Of a stretch of 64,000 nt of DNA, positions 39,879-54,777 are shown piece by piece (position 1 is the first letter of the stretch; the number at the start of each line of letters is the position of its first letter). The translations under genes were made by a program, and so were the position numbers. This stretch comes from Eledone cirrhosa (taxonomy: Eukaryota). The DNA lies in contig OZ024741.1 of assembly GCA_964016885.1 (NCBI GenBank), positions 195,114,001-195,178,000 of the forward strand. The letters run 5' to 3'. Below the pieces are notes generated by a model. It was not told where the DNA came from, did no database searches, and saw only the letters and a list, made by a program, of their open reading frames with translations.

Positions 39879-42360
39879 AAATGAAGTAGGCTCTACATGT
39901 GGAAAAAGCACATAGGTAAGAAGTACTTACATAACCATAGTGCCGTGTGTCGGTTCGAGAGGGGGTAGGGTGGGATGGAGGTGGGGGGTATTTTGTCGAG
40001 TGGGGTTTAAAAAAAAAAGGAAATCTTTTTAGTCACCTGGCATCAACACTGGCTTAAGGTATTTGAAAGTTGTAAAGTTTTTGTGCATGCAATTCGGGCA
40101 GTGTTCAGCGAGTTTATTCAGTAGCGGGCCCTTGGCAAATAATATTTCATAGCTCTCTGAAATAGAAAAGTCGCAGCAGTTGTGTCTTCCCTTGTATGAG
40201 CGCGCTTTCTGGAATATTTTCCATTTAAGCGTGAAGGGGGTGGAGTTCCTTTTGAAGTCCCAGACAGAGGAGGCGAGTGTTGTCTGATTTAATTTGTCCG
40301 GTCTTCTGAATGAGTGGGTATAGGCATACCACCGGGTCTTAAAATTATTGGAAGTCATGCCGATGTAAGTCTCTTTGTAGGTCTTTTTGTTGTTGTCGTC
40401 ATCGGTGCCTGAGATGATATCATATTTGTATACGATGTCATTTTTCAGGCATTTGTTTTAAAGTGGGCAGGCTTCCTTATTTTGGCAGTTGCACAAGGCT
40501 CCTGTCCGAGGATTGGGTTCGGAGGTTGTAGTGTTATTTAATTTGGTAGCGTTGAGATTGGCTATATTCCTGGCTAGGTTAGGTGTGGTGGAGTAGGCGA
40601 GTCTTATTGTATTCTTATCAAAGATGGTGAAGTACCTATATTGTGTGGAGAAGTGTATGTTCAACAAATTGAAGAAAGTCCTAGCTATAGGTGTAGAGAC
40701 CTCTCTATTGAAGGAGGTGGGGGGAGGGGGGTACCAACTAATCTGCCTATGTTATTCCTCTTACGTAGTCTTGGGGTGGTTTCTATGTAAGTGATATTTT
40801 CTTTAAATCCACTGCGGGCGAGGGCGTCATTGTAATAGGAGGCAGAGGCGTTAAAGATATCTTCATTGGCCGAGAGGCCGGAGATTCTGATTGAGACGCT
40901 TTTTACTAAGTTATCTGTGATGTTTTGGGGGTGGTTAGAATTAGCAGTAATATATCTAAGGGATTCGTTAGGTTTGTGGTACGGGTAATAGAGGGAAGTA
41001 TCTAGGTCGAGGGTGACATCTCAAAAGTTGGCCCTAGTCATATTAGAGTCTATGGTTATTCTAAATCCTAGTTTACGGAAGAACGAGCTTAAGTTTCTCC
41101 GAAACCCATCAGTGGTTCTGGGGTTAACCTTATGCAAAGCGAAGAGGCCGTCGTCTCGGTATAATCCTCCGGTAAGGCCCGTGAAGATGTTCTTCAAGTG
41201 ATGTAAGATGTACAGGCCCACGAGGTCACTTATTTCAGACGAGTCACTTGCTCCCATGCTCACGTCAAAAGGGATCTGAGACTTCTTGTTGATCCAGTAA
41301 GATCCCTCGTGGTGTAGAAAGGTCTTAGGGGCGTGGAGGATCACATCTTCCTCAGCGTCGGTTATGGTGGTAACATTCCTGGCATAAGCAAGTGCGTCCT
41401 TCAGTAGGGGCTCTGAGATAGAAGCATAGTAGTCTTCTATGTCGAGTTGCAGGAAACGAGTGTGGGGTTTATCGGGCAATTCTTGGAACCAAGAGATTGC
41501 CTCGGATGTTCTGCTCCAGAATCGGAGTAGTGAAGAAGCCCGCAGTGATGATAGAACTCTATCGAGGATTTTTTGCTGATAGAGCCGATGTCCAAACGTG
41601 TGGAGTTGATAAGTCAACGTGGTTTGTTGAGGAAGTTTGCCTTGTGGTCCTTCAGTGTAAGGTGCTGAGTCTTTACCCTTAAGGGTTACGTTCGGTCGTG
41701 TAGTTTAAGGGACTTGACAATTTCTTTTCCGGTCGCATTGGTCTCAGTCAATGCCATTCACCTTTTTGTAGGTAGTCGTGATAGCATTTTTTGCCAGCTT
41801 ATTATAGGTCGGTAGGTCTACCTCATTAATGTTTTTGGTTTTATCGGAGGAGATTAGGGGAATTTTTCATATTCCGCATTTCAGTACTTAAGTGGGCCTG
41901 GAATGGTGTGTTGGCTCTACGAAATTTGATATCTTTGATCATCTTGAAGAGGTCTTCCTCAAAAGGTTCAAGTAGGCTGTTGGTGAGTGGTGCCTTATTC
42001 GTTTTGAAACCGAACTTCTCATCATTGGTAGATGCTACATCAGGGTTGTCAAGGAAGAATGCTCTCCATCTAATTCGCTTGATGAACTCGTCTGTACGTC
42101 TGATGAGTGTTTTTAGGTAAAGTTTCCTTGAAGGGATCGGGATGTTCTTCATGGCCACATCAAGGTCGAGTTTGGTCAGCATAGTTTCTTGGTGTTGGTT
42201 AAGAGGGGCACTAGGAGTGCTAAAAGGTAAGTTATTCCAGGTTCAATCGGGGGTAACCCTTTCTTTAAATCCATCAACCAATGACCTCCACCCATCCCAA
42301 TCCCCACCCTTTCCTACCACCAGAAAAGATATAAATACCACCACATTTACTTGGACAGTC

Positions 42361-42409
42361 AGCTTCCTAATGATTTCTCACGAATGAAACAGTTCTAGTC
42401 CTGTAGAAG

Positions 42410-42411
<2 letters not shown>
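42361..42411 (+). ncRNA. Hammerhead in inverted pLTR (core CTAATGA; partner at 38405-38455 - has CTTATGA)
   Basis: agcttc-CTAATGA-tttctcacgaat-GAAA-cag..ctg-TA^gaagct. Confidence 0.75.
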
Positions 42412-42499
<88 letters not shown>

Positions 42500-42949
42500 A
42501 CACAGAAGTATCCACTGTAAGTTCTGGGATCTATTCTGTATGAAGAACTCAATGTAATCCATATGTTGAAAATGTAGGTTAAGATAAATTTCAGAAAACA
42601 ATAAAACATTAAAAGGAAAACAGAGTCATGATATAAGTTAATTTATATTCACCTTAAAACTCAGTACAACACTAATCACCATTTATTTTGACATTCCTTT
42701 TAAATTCACTATACAAGATACATTCAACTATCAGTTTGACAATCCCCTTCCTAATAGAGTTTTATGCCATTTCTACTAACACCTTTCAACCATTCCTTTC
42801 AAAGGGTCATGACCTCAACTAAACTGTATTACTTTTCATCTTAACACCATATGAAAAAAAAACAATTTGATTCGTTAGTTCTTCAACTACCTCTAAATAT
42901 GGACATGATACTAATTCTGAGTAAAATTATTATTGAATAAAATTATTAT

Positions 42950-43081
42950 TGCTTTTGAAAACAGCTGGTGAGATGCATGTAAGTAAATATTCTCTCTATC
43001 TGATAGTTTGTAAACTTACAGAGATCAACAGTTGAGTATAGATACAATGTATTATCACCATCTAGAAACGATCGTAAAGCA
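42950..43081 (+). ncRNA. Hammerhead, U3-A8 variant with ~100-nt stem II
   Basis: tgctt-TTGAAAA-cagctggtga..tcaccatcta-GAAA-cgatcg-TA^aagca; palindrome ACGATCGT. Confidence 0.75.
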
Positions 43082-43127
43082 GTGAAGTATATCTCTAATG
43101 ACTTGATTTTCTATTTCATTGTTTTAA

Positions 43128-43229
<102 letters not shown>

Positions 43230-43368
43230 GAGAGAGAGAGATAAATATACACGAGTGTGTATGATTGTGTATAGAAGATTATATTAATAAGAGGAATTCC
43301 AACTTTGTCTGATTAAATCGTTTTATTTACAATCCTTTAAAATGTATAATGGTATTATAATGAAATAG

Positions 43369-43489
43369 TATGAACAAGTACTTTCATGCTTTCGCAATCT
43401 TCAGGTTCATAATATGTGGTGACAGTCAAGTTTGCAATTTTCAACTGTGAAAATTGCAAACTTGACTGTCACCACATATTATGAACCTG
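43369..43489 (-). ncRNA. Minimal hammerhead plus a perfect 42-bp fold-back
   Basis: Minus strand 43369-43411: tatgaac-CTGAAGA-t tgc gaaa gca t-GAAA-gtac-TT^gttcata. Hairpin at 43402-43489. Confidence 0.82.
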
Positions 43490-44538
43490 GCATCATAGTT
43501 TCTTAAATATTATTATTTTGGAAAAGATATCTTGATAAATCGAAACCTTCATTATCATTCAAACTTCCTTTTAAAGCATTTCCTTTAAATGACTTTAAAC
43601 TCAGAAAAAATATGTAAATTATGTAGGCGACACACAGACGCTGAAATATTGACACTATCTACTTTCAGTTTGATCAAAGGGAATAAAAGTGTGTTTTGTA
43701 TATACATTATTAATATGGTTTTAATGGATTTTGTAAATTACATTTCAATTGGATGTATGGTTCGGCTACAAAATCCATGTAATTCAGACTTTTTGTCAAT
43801 CACGCCAATGAATGTTTAAAAATGTCCCGCGTTTGTAGTATTTGTTTCTTGCATACTGTCTATTCTATTTATTTTTATACTTATTTGTGATATATAACAG
43901 AATATTTTATATATTTGCTGGGTTACATATGGCCGAACATGCACTACCCCTCTCGTCCTGAATTTGGCTGCTATTTCTAGCATGAATAAATACCACTTCG
44001 ATGACCACTTTTAACCTTCACCCAGAATTTCACTGCTATTTACAACCAAAATATTCACTTATTTGCTGGGACACAGGGGTAGTGGCCATAAATGTAGAAA
44101 TTGGTGTCATGAGGTTTGCACTCATTATAAACCTGGCCATGGTTACTATTTGTGTAACTTGTGAAGTGTAATCACGTATATCACTCCATTAGCTGTATGT
44201 ATAACTAAATAATCTTTTTTGTCATAATTTCTGTGAAATTTATACTTCGATTAAACCATCAATAAATTGTCTTATTACTCTGTAATGTATAGTTATGTTT
44301 AGTATTCAAGACACGGGTTATTTTGAAGACGAAACATAATTGTTAATAACTATATAACGAATTAAAATAATTTTACAAATTTTTGACAAAAGTTGCATAT
44401 GATAAGGCTTCTTTGAATTATCTCTATATTACCAACATCTGTCAACAAAAAATTGAGCTATGCGGCATAAAAGATGCTAGATTCACAAAGATAGTTCAAA
44501 GTAACCCCGGTTTACGGTATATATATATATATTAAAAT

Positions 44539-44800
44539 AACAGATTAAAGTTTAAGCAAAGAATCGCTGCTTTCACCCTTTCACTGCTTTCAACATTCAG
44601 AAACAACACCTGAAGAACATACTCGTACCTAGCAGGAAGACATAAGTGGACCCCGTTAAGGGTGAAAGCAGCGATTCTTTGCTTAAACTTTAATCTGTTT
44701 AATAAATATTTGCTCTAGGGTTCTTATATATTTGATATATATTTATCCTTATCGAGCCCTCTTTGGATTTTGGTCTTCACATTCATTATTATTACTATAT
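44539..44800 (+). mobile_element. Fold-back pLTR fragment with the 3' half of a hammerhead
   Basis: 44539-44580 inverted at 44658-44699; gggt-GAAA-gca..tgc-TT. Pieces recur at 52749-52827 and 58298-58335. Confidence 0.65.
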
Positions 44801-44808
44801 ATATATAT

Positions 44809-45376
44809 AACCATGCAGTATTCTTCTCCCCATATTTTTCACATATATTTACCTAAACTGCGATTCTGTGTTTCTCTCTTTCTCTCTTACTGCTCCCTCG
44901 TTCTCTCTGTTTCTCTTACTTTCTTTCGTCCCCTCTGTCATGTCAGTTAACACTTTCTCTCTACTGACCTCTTCCTCGCACTTCCACTCACTCACTCTCT
45001 GTTTCTCCCCTTCTCACTTCCCCCGTCCGCTACGAACCCGATTTTCCTTCTTTCTTACATCGGATTCACTAGCGGAAGGTCTGTTTTTTATTCGCACATG
45101 TATTCACCCAGCTTATACTGACAGGATAACCATGTTGCTTGTGTTTCTTTCTATCTTCGGTTAGCTTTCCCCTGTGTTGTTTACTTGTCTCACTCGCTTT
45201 ACGCGTTTCAATTGTCCTAATAACTTATTTCAGTTATTGTCGCACCAACGTGAGGTATATGATTTTTAATGCGATGAAATACCAATGATCGTTGGCAAAT
45301 CACTGATGAGGTACTCATTTTATAACATGTAATCCATGTGCAACCATGCAGTATTCTTCTCCCCATATTTTTCACA
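44809..45376 (+). mobile_element. 533-nt non-coding unit with exact 35-nt terminal redundancy and scrambled-hammerhead motif
   Basis: aaccatgcagtattcttctccccatatttttcaca at 44809 and 45342. Motif at 45240-45309. TA-flanked. Confidence 0.85.
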
Positions 45377-45401
45377 CACATATATATATATATATATATA
45401 G

Positions 45402-47413
<2,012 letters not shown>

Positions 47414-47478
47414 ATATATTATATATAAAACTAAAAGATCGGGGTCCATTATCCGTTGCTTCAGGTTTATTTAAAACT

Positions 47479-47536
47479 CCGTTATACATATTTCACTGAC
47501 GACTATCAGTTATGATAGCCTGAGCTCTTCAGGCGG
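47479..47536 (-). ncRNA. Hammerhead motif
   Basis: Minus strand: ccgc-CTGAAGA-gct caggctatca taac tgatagtcgtc agt-GAAA-tatgta-TA^acgg. Confidence 0.65.
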
Positions 47537-47719
47537 TAATACTTATAAAAACTTGAAAGCATTGTAAGTTCCTCAAACAAAATCTTAAATTTAATAAAAT
47601 CCAAAAACTTCCTCGAAAAAGATTTTCTTTTCTTGTTACAGTAGGCCGGCCGAACGCGTGGTGTTGTTTCTTCGACATCCGGCCACTGTATGCCCCTAAG
47701 AATTTTGGTGAAAGAGTTT

Positions 47720-48042
47720 CTCAAGGTAGAGACACTACTTCTCTGAATTGAGAAATCACAGCTCCGGTACTATGGGCATGTAGTTAGATTGTCTCAGGAA
47801 AGAATTGCTGGACAGATTTTTTCGGGCAAAACCAATAGGTAGGCAACCCAGGAGTAGACCCCGAGCAAGATGGTTTGAGAACATCCATGAGCTTGGCTAG
47901 TCACGCTTGGTGATCCAGCCGGATCAGTTGGAGATGGTTTCTTCTGACAGGACTCGCTGGAAAGGGTGTTTGAGGACTCTTCCCCCACGACCCACTCAGG
48001 AATAAGTGGGCGAAGAAGAAGAGAAGAGAGAAGAGAGAAGAG
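47720..48042 (+). mobile_element. RTE-clade LINE 3' fragment with GAA-type tail
   Basis: IEKSQLRYYGHVVRL translation; gaagaagaagagaagag tail. Confidence 0.65.
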
Positions 48043-48290
48043 TGCTGGTCAGTTCAGGTCCCACGTCACTATCGTCACAGATTTTAGTGTAGGAAGTAAC
48101 AAAATCAGTTCGTAGCCCGCTTCCCCTCCTCCTATCGGTCAGTATTTGTTATTGTAGTACCAACCCCACTTTGTCCATAGGTCTGCAACAACTGTGAATA
48201 TTGTAACCGATACCAATAAGTAACTATATAACAAATAAATTTAAAGGAAAGGTTCTATTAAAGGGGATGAATAAGTGGGAAAGCGATAAT

Positions 48291-48350
48291 TATAATTGTT
48301 TCTACTTTTGGCACAAGGCGAGCAATTACCCAGTGTATTACTGGTACTTT
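48291..48350 (-). mobile_element. SINE 3' fragment
   Basis: taattgtttctacttttggcacaaggc..ttactggtacttt. Confidence 0.75.
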
Positions 48351-49139
48351 AAGATAATTATAATGAAAAAATATTATGATGAAAAAAATATTATGATGAA
48401 AAAATATTATAATGAAAAAATATTATAATGAAAAAATAAATAAATAGATGCCTGTAATCCTTAGCTATATGTAACGTAGATATTGTATAGTTATAGTTTA
48501 ACTGGTTCGAAATTTCTGGAAGCATGATAGCCGTACATCTCGCTAGTTCCCCGTTTAATCAAGCTCCACACGTTACATCCAGATGTCCGATTCCTTGCCA
48601 CCAGTAGACTCATGCACTCGATGAGCGGGACATCAAAGTGAAATTTATAGGGAATATCCTGGAGGGGCTTGGAGAGTAGGATTGTTCCAGTTTGCTTCAA
48701 ATACCCGTGAAACCGATTAAGGTCTCCGGGCCAAGATGTCTGACAGGTGAGGAGCTATTAGGTGGTTCCTTTCACAATTAAATAGTGTAGGCTAACCAAG
48801 GTATCTTAAAGTGATTATCAAAATAAGACACGCGAAGAAGAGTTAGAGATAAATTAAAATACAGTAAATTGGATGTAGGCTGACTTAAGGTAACTTAAAG
48901 GAAATATCAGAATAAGACACATGAGGATGAATAAGAGATAAATTAAAGTTAAAGATTGAGTTAATTAGGGTTGGTTCACAGTTGTACAGTATAAGAGAAA
49001 AAGCATAGTATATAACAATATACGAGATAAAAGGATATGGAGTAAAAAAAAATGATAAGTACATATGATATAATAAAGGCAAGGAAATAGACGGCATCCG
49101 TACAAGGTTATCCAAACGGCTAGAAATATGTCTAAATAT

Positions 49140-49305
49140 ATAATTGTTTCTACTTTAGGCACAAGGCCAGTAATTACTCAGTGCATTACTGGTACTTTTA
49201 TTTTATCGACCCCGTAAGAATGAAAGGCAAAGTCAACCTCGGCGGGATTTGAACTCAGATTTGAACTGGAAAGCATGGCGTCCGACCCTCTACCGATACT
49301 GCCAA
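49140..49305 (-). mobile_element. tRNA-derived SINE with internal deletion
   Basis: Matches the reverse complement of 15500-15684. Confidence 0.85.
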
Positions 49306-49539
49306 TATAATGAGGATTGGGAAGATAGATAGGGTAAAATAAAGAGATGTCTTAACGAAGATAGTTTTTGTATCTTTAAACCCAATATTATTATGTTTTT
49401 AGAACGTATTCCTCCTGCTTATTTTCATTTCATTTCGTTTTGTCACGTGATTTCCTTATTTGATTCAATAAAGTGAACAGAAGGAAGGTCCAAACAACCG
49501 TCAAAAATAAAAAGATGTGAAAGTGTGTATCCTCTAAAT

Positions 49540-52070
49540 ATTATTCGATTGACCTATAATTCCATGTGGATTAACCTTATGTCAATGAGAATTTCATTAT
49601 CAAAGACCAGGTTTGTCACCCTAGTGAGTGTATATGCTCCAACCACGAGTTCCTTTGAAGCCGTATAACTCTCTTGTTATCTCTCACCGAAGGAACTAAT
49701 TTGCACGATTCTTCATGCTGACAAAATGAAATTTTGAGTAACTTCAATACTTAGGGTTAGCAAGGATTATGAAACCCGAGATATGCTAAAAGAAACATGG
49801 TTTGCTGCTGTTACAAATGTGTCAGGAGTTGGATCTGTGCATAGCAAATACCCTGTTTCAGCAGAAAGATAAATACAAAACAACTTGGATGCATCCAAGC
49901 GCAGTGGCACAGGATTTATTATGTTCTTGTTCGTAGAGGTGATGTTCATGGTGTATCTAGTGTCCGAGTTAGGATGGGGGACTGATCTTCGTCTGGTTCA
50001 TGCAGTAGTGAATTTTTCTGTGAAACTGAAGGTTAGGATTCATGGTGTAACCACAGCAAAGAAAGTGAATGTAGCACATCTAAAACATGATACCATTTAG
50101 GAAGAGCTGGGGAAGAGAATGGATGACATTCAATGTGATGAATCATGGGAAGAGTTCAAAACCTCTGTGTATGAAGTCTGCAGGGATGTTCTAGGTTTAA
50201 TGGGAAGAAAACATCAAGATTGGTTTGATGAAAACAATGAAGTTCAGATGCTATTAAATGAAAGGAACATAGTGCTAACAAAAGTGTTGCTGGTGCACCA
50301 GAAATGAGTTAGAATGATGACTTGCTCAAAGAGGTGAAGTGTAACATGTAGCATAGGCTTCATAGCATGCAAGATAAGTGGTTGAGGAATAAAGCAGAGA
50401 AGATTCAGTAGGCTTCTGATTCCTACAATACAAAGTATAATGTCTTCCGGGAAGTGTATGGGCCGTCATCTTCTCCAGTTGCACCTCTTTGCTCTCAATA
50501 TAGCAAAGAATTGCTTAGGGATCCAAAATACATTCTTATCAGGTGACGTGAACACTTCGACAGACCATTGAATAGACCCGCTGAGGTTGTTGTTGACACC
50601 ATTTCCTTCGGACCCACTATAAATGTAGTGGCAGAAACTCCTTCCCTAGAGGATGTCCAATTTCCTGTGAAATCTGAATTGTGGTAAGTCACCTGGGATG
50701 GATGGTCTCTGTGCTGAAATCTTCAAATGTGGAAGTGAAAATCTACTTTGCCGTCTAACTACCTTAATCCAAATGTTTTGGTTGAGGAGAGTATTCCGCA
50801 CGACTGGAAAGATAGACTGATGGTGGTTCTCTATAAAATCAAAAGTGAAAAAGACCACTGTAGGGATATCCCTTCTTTTTATTGTAGGTAAGGTCTTTTG
50901 TAGGATCATACTGACCAGGCTCCTTTATAACATAGCTGATGAAATCCTTCCTGAATATCAATGTGGTTTCAGAGATGGAAGTGGGACAACAGACATGATC
51001 TTTATGGCGAGACAGCTGCATTGAACAGAGGATGAACCTGTATCAGGTGTTTGTCGATCTGACAAAGGCTTTTGATAGTCAATAGAATTTACCCGTGGAA
51101 GATTCTCAGGTCCTGATAAATTTGTCTTTGTACGGAGAAGTTTCCATGATGAAATGAAGGCAAATGTTAATGTGGGTGGTAAGCTCTCTGATGCCATCGT
51201 GGTTGAAAATTGTGTTAAGTATGGAGACATTCCGGTGCCGACTCTGTTTGCGTTGTACTTTGCAGTGGTTTTCTTGATGACTTTTGAGGGTTGTTCGCAT
51301 GGGGTTTACATTAGATATCGAATAACTGGTAAAATGTTCAATGTTAGAAGGTTTACTGTCAGAACGAAGATATTTACATCACTGATACGCGAATTTCTAT
51401 ATGCTGACGACTGTGATCTTGTCACTTATTCCGAGAAAGGCGTGCAACATACGGATCATTTTACGAAAACATGCAAGGCATTGGGCCTAACAATCAGTCT
51501 GAAATAGACCGTGGTGATGTACAAATCTGTACCAGGCTATGCTTGCTCTACGCCAAACATATCTATCTATGGCCAAAGATTGAAAGTCGTGGATAAGTTT
51601 GTATATCTAGACAGCACTGTGAATATAACCAATACTCTGGATGAAGAAATCTCCCTCTGACTCAAGAAGGCAAGTGATGCATTTGGAAAACTGGTTCGAC
51701 GTCTATGGTCTCAGCATGGTATTTCCATTGAGACAAAGTTAAATGGATATAATGTTTGTGTTTTGTCTTCTTTGTTGTATGCATCTGAGACCTGAGCACT
51801 TACCAAAGGTATCTCTAAAAGCAATTTCCCCAACAGTGTCTTTGACGTATGCAGATCATCCACTGAAAAATGTACGTGAGTGACACTGAAGTCCTCGAAC
51901 ACAGTCGGTCTACCAGTAAAGAGTCTCTCATATTTCAGCATCGATTAAGATGGAGTGGTGATGTAGTGAAAGTGATCGAAGGTAAACGACCGGTGCACAA
52001 AACTAAATTGAGGTACAGGGATTGCATTAAAAACAAACTGGGGAAGATAAAAATATCGAAGAATGACTAG
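49540..52070 (+). mobile_element. Decayed RTE-clade LINE (APE endonuclease + RT)
   Basis: LVSVYAPT, RKHQDWFDEN, GKSPGMDG, LPEYQCGFR..TTDMIF, FVDLTKAFDS, FLYADDC, GLTISLK, KASDAFG, LYASET; many stops. Confidence 0.9.
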
Positions 52071-52296
52071 AACCGCGCTCTAGTTCACTCAGCTGTGGAA
52101 ATGAGTTGTGACGTCATTGATGTCAAACTGTATAAGCCATTGTCTTTCCCTTGGACAAAATCGGTGGCGTGGAGAGGAGTAACTGACATGCAAGGGCAAC
52201 TGCTGATCTTCCACAAACACACCTTGCCCAGGCTTGTGCCTCGTGATAGAACTTTAGGTGCAAAACCATGGTCATTTGTGACCGACAGGGTCCTTA
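52070..52296 (+). mobile_element. Second SINE-like cephalopod repeat (3' part)
   Basis: tcactcagctgtggaaatgagttg..cggtggcgtggagagg..cttgtgcctc..taggtgcaa..ccatggtcatt..gaccga resembles abundant octopus SINE bodies (from recall). Confidence 0.55.
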
Positions 52297-52450
52297 AGAT
52301 ATATATATATATATATATATATTGAAATAGAAATAGAATATATATATATATATATGTAGGAGGTGAGTTTTATTGTAGCACAATAAAGCAATGCAAATAT
52401 CGGATAAGTAGCACTCTACAGTTTGTAGGACTGGAGTATAAATAATATAA

Positions 52451-52744
52451 GATCAAAAGACGGTTAAAAGAGTTCCAAGTATTTTATTATGCGCATTTCA
52501 AAAACAAATATCATCATGGAATGATATCTGCGTTCTCATCAGATAAAATAGGGATACATATGAAGCTTAAAAAACACTTGTGAATAGTGAAGTTTTAAAT
52601 CTTCACTATTCACAAGTGTTTTTTAAGCTTCATATCATGTATCCCTATTTTATCTGATGAGAACGCAGATATCATCCCATGATGATATTTGTTTTTGAAA
52701 TGCGCATAATAAAATACTTGGAACTCTTTTAACCATCTTTTGAT
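52451..52744. mobile_element. Fold-back (~142-nt arms) with two outward-facing intact hammerheads
   Basis: tattttat-CTGATGA-gaacgcagatatcat..atgatatttgttttt-GAAA-tgcgca-TA^ataaaata at 52646-52716 (+) and 52480-52550 (-). Confidence 0.88.
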
Positions 52745-52822
52745 TTACGGTTCTTATATATTTGATATATATTTATCCTTATCGAGCCCTCTTTGGATTT
52801 TAGTCTTCAAATTTATTATTAT

Positions 52823-52879
<57 letters not shown>

Positions 52880-52900
52880 ATATATATATATATATATATT

Positions 52901-53385
52901 TAGTTATGTAATAAACAACATAAGATAATTATTTCATTTACCAGTGGTTTCTTGAAGGCAGATGTGTCTGTCTTCAGTCGTCAGAATGAATAAATAACAT
53001 GGTGTTTTTATTAAATATGGATTTTAAAATAAAATTTAGGAAATATGAGAGTGAGGTTGAAAAAAACGGGCGAAAAGGAGATAGGGGAAAAAAATATAAA
53101 AATATAAAAAATATATATATATATAAAAAAAAAATCCACAACATAAACATACACACACTCAACTACGCTCATATACGTAATAGTACGTAGACTATACTTT
53201 CTCACTTAAGCGTATTTGCGTCTACATAGAAATACGAACGGGAACATAAATACATACACATACATATACACAGATATATATGCGCTCAAAAATGTACATA
53301 CAAATACACACGCACACATATAAAAAGGTGGTGTACACACACATATAAACATACATACATACAAACTAAAAAACACAAAAAAAAA
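52901..53385 (-). mobile_element. HHR-bearing non-coding repeat, inverted copy of 62040-62565
   Basis: Minus strand 52935-52988: catt-CTGACGA-ctgaag..cttcaa-GAAA-cca c tgg-TA^aatg. Confidence 0.85.
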
Positions 53386-53412
53386 AAAAAGCTCTATACA
53401 TACGCGCACGTG

Positions 53413-53464
<52 letters not shown>

Positions 53465-53706
53465 CACACATACGTACACATACATACCCATACACACATA
53501 TATACAAGCATACACACACACATAGACATATGCATATATATATACACACATACACACACATATATATATATATAAATATACATATATATACATACACATA
53601 CATACATATACATACATACATGCACAAGCATGTATCAATATGTGCGTGTCAATGGGAAGTAGTTTAGAAACAGGAATAACTAAATAAATAAATAAGAACA
53701 AAAAAT

Positions 53707-53778
<72 letters not shown>

Positions 53779-53820
53779 ATATTAAATAAATGGAAACTAT
53801 ATTTATAAAACCATATTAAT

Positions 53821-53880
53821 TCTATTATATATATTTCAAAGGTACCAAACACTTTGGTACGCTTTCATCAGATAAAATAC
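53821..53880 (-). ncRNA. Hammerhead with intact core
   Basis: Minus strand: ttttat-CTGATGA-aagcgtaccaaa..tttggtaccttt-GAAA-tatata-TA^ataga. Confidence 0.78.
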
Positions 53881-54109
53881 AAAGAGTGTTTTATAAATTT
53901 TGACATAGTCAAGGAAAACATATCTTATCAGTTGAATATTCCTTGGGTATATATATAAGAAAATCAAAATCAAAATCAAAAACAAAAGTCAGAAAGGGGA
54001 CGTGTTGACAAGGAAAGGTGTGTGTGAGGGGGAGGGGGGAAATAAATAAAAACAACTTAAAAATAAACAAATAGACACGATAGGCATATACATATATATA
54101 TATATATAT

Positions 54110-54777
<668 letters not shown>

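Larger units (their letters stand above)
38328..42411 (-). mobile_element. Near full-length PLE (YRDD-type RT, Cys-rich linker; tentatively Naiad-like) with 3' pLTR and inverted 5' pLTR
   Basis: Disrupted ORF 42182-40029: MKNIPIP, LDIEDYYASI, FDVSMGASDSSEISDLVG, GLYRDDG, CNC..CPL, YIGMT. 42258-42411 is the reverse complement of 38405-38560. 42232-42257 directly repeats 38328-38353. Confidence 0.92.

Noticed and set aside
38816-39889. YI/HT/CV-repeat ORFs here and at 26149-27900, 28627-29079, 53206-54533 and 59899-60735
   Set aside because: Translations of (TA)n and (CA)n microsatellites.
40029-42182. Selenocysteine recoding, as reported for some Naiad PLEs
   Set aside because: The stop beside the Cys cluster (CPL*) is TAA and the other disruptions include frameshifts; no TGA at conserved Cys positions was seen here or at 61113.
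45270-45309. C/D box snoRNA reading of gcGATGA..CTGA
   Set aside because: Box C is imperfect and not conserved in the 62984 copy; the spacing is short and the context is a dispersed mobile repeat.
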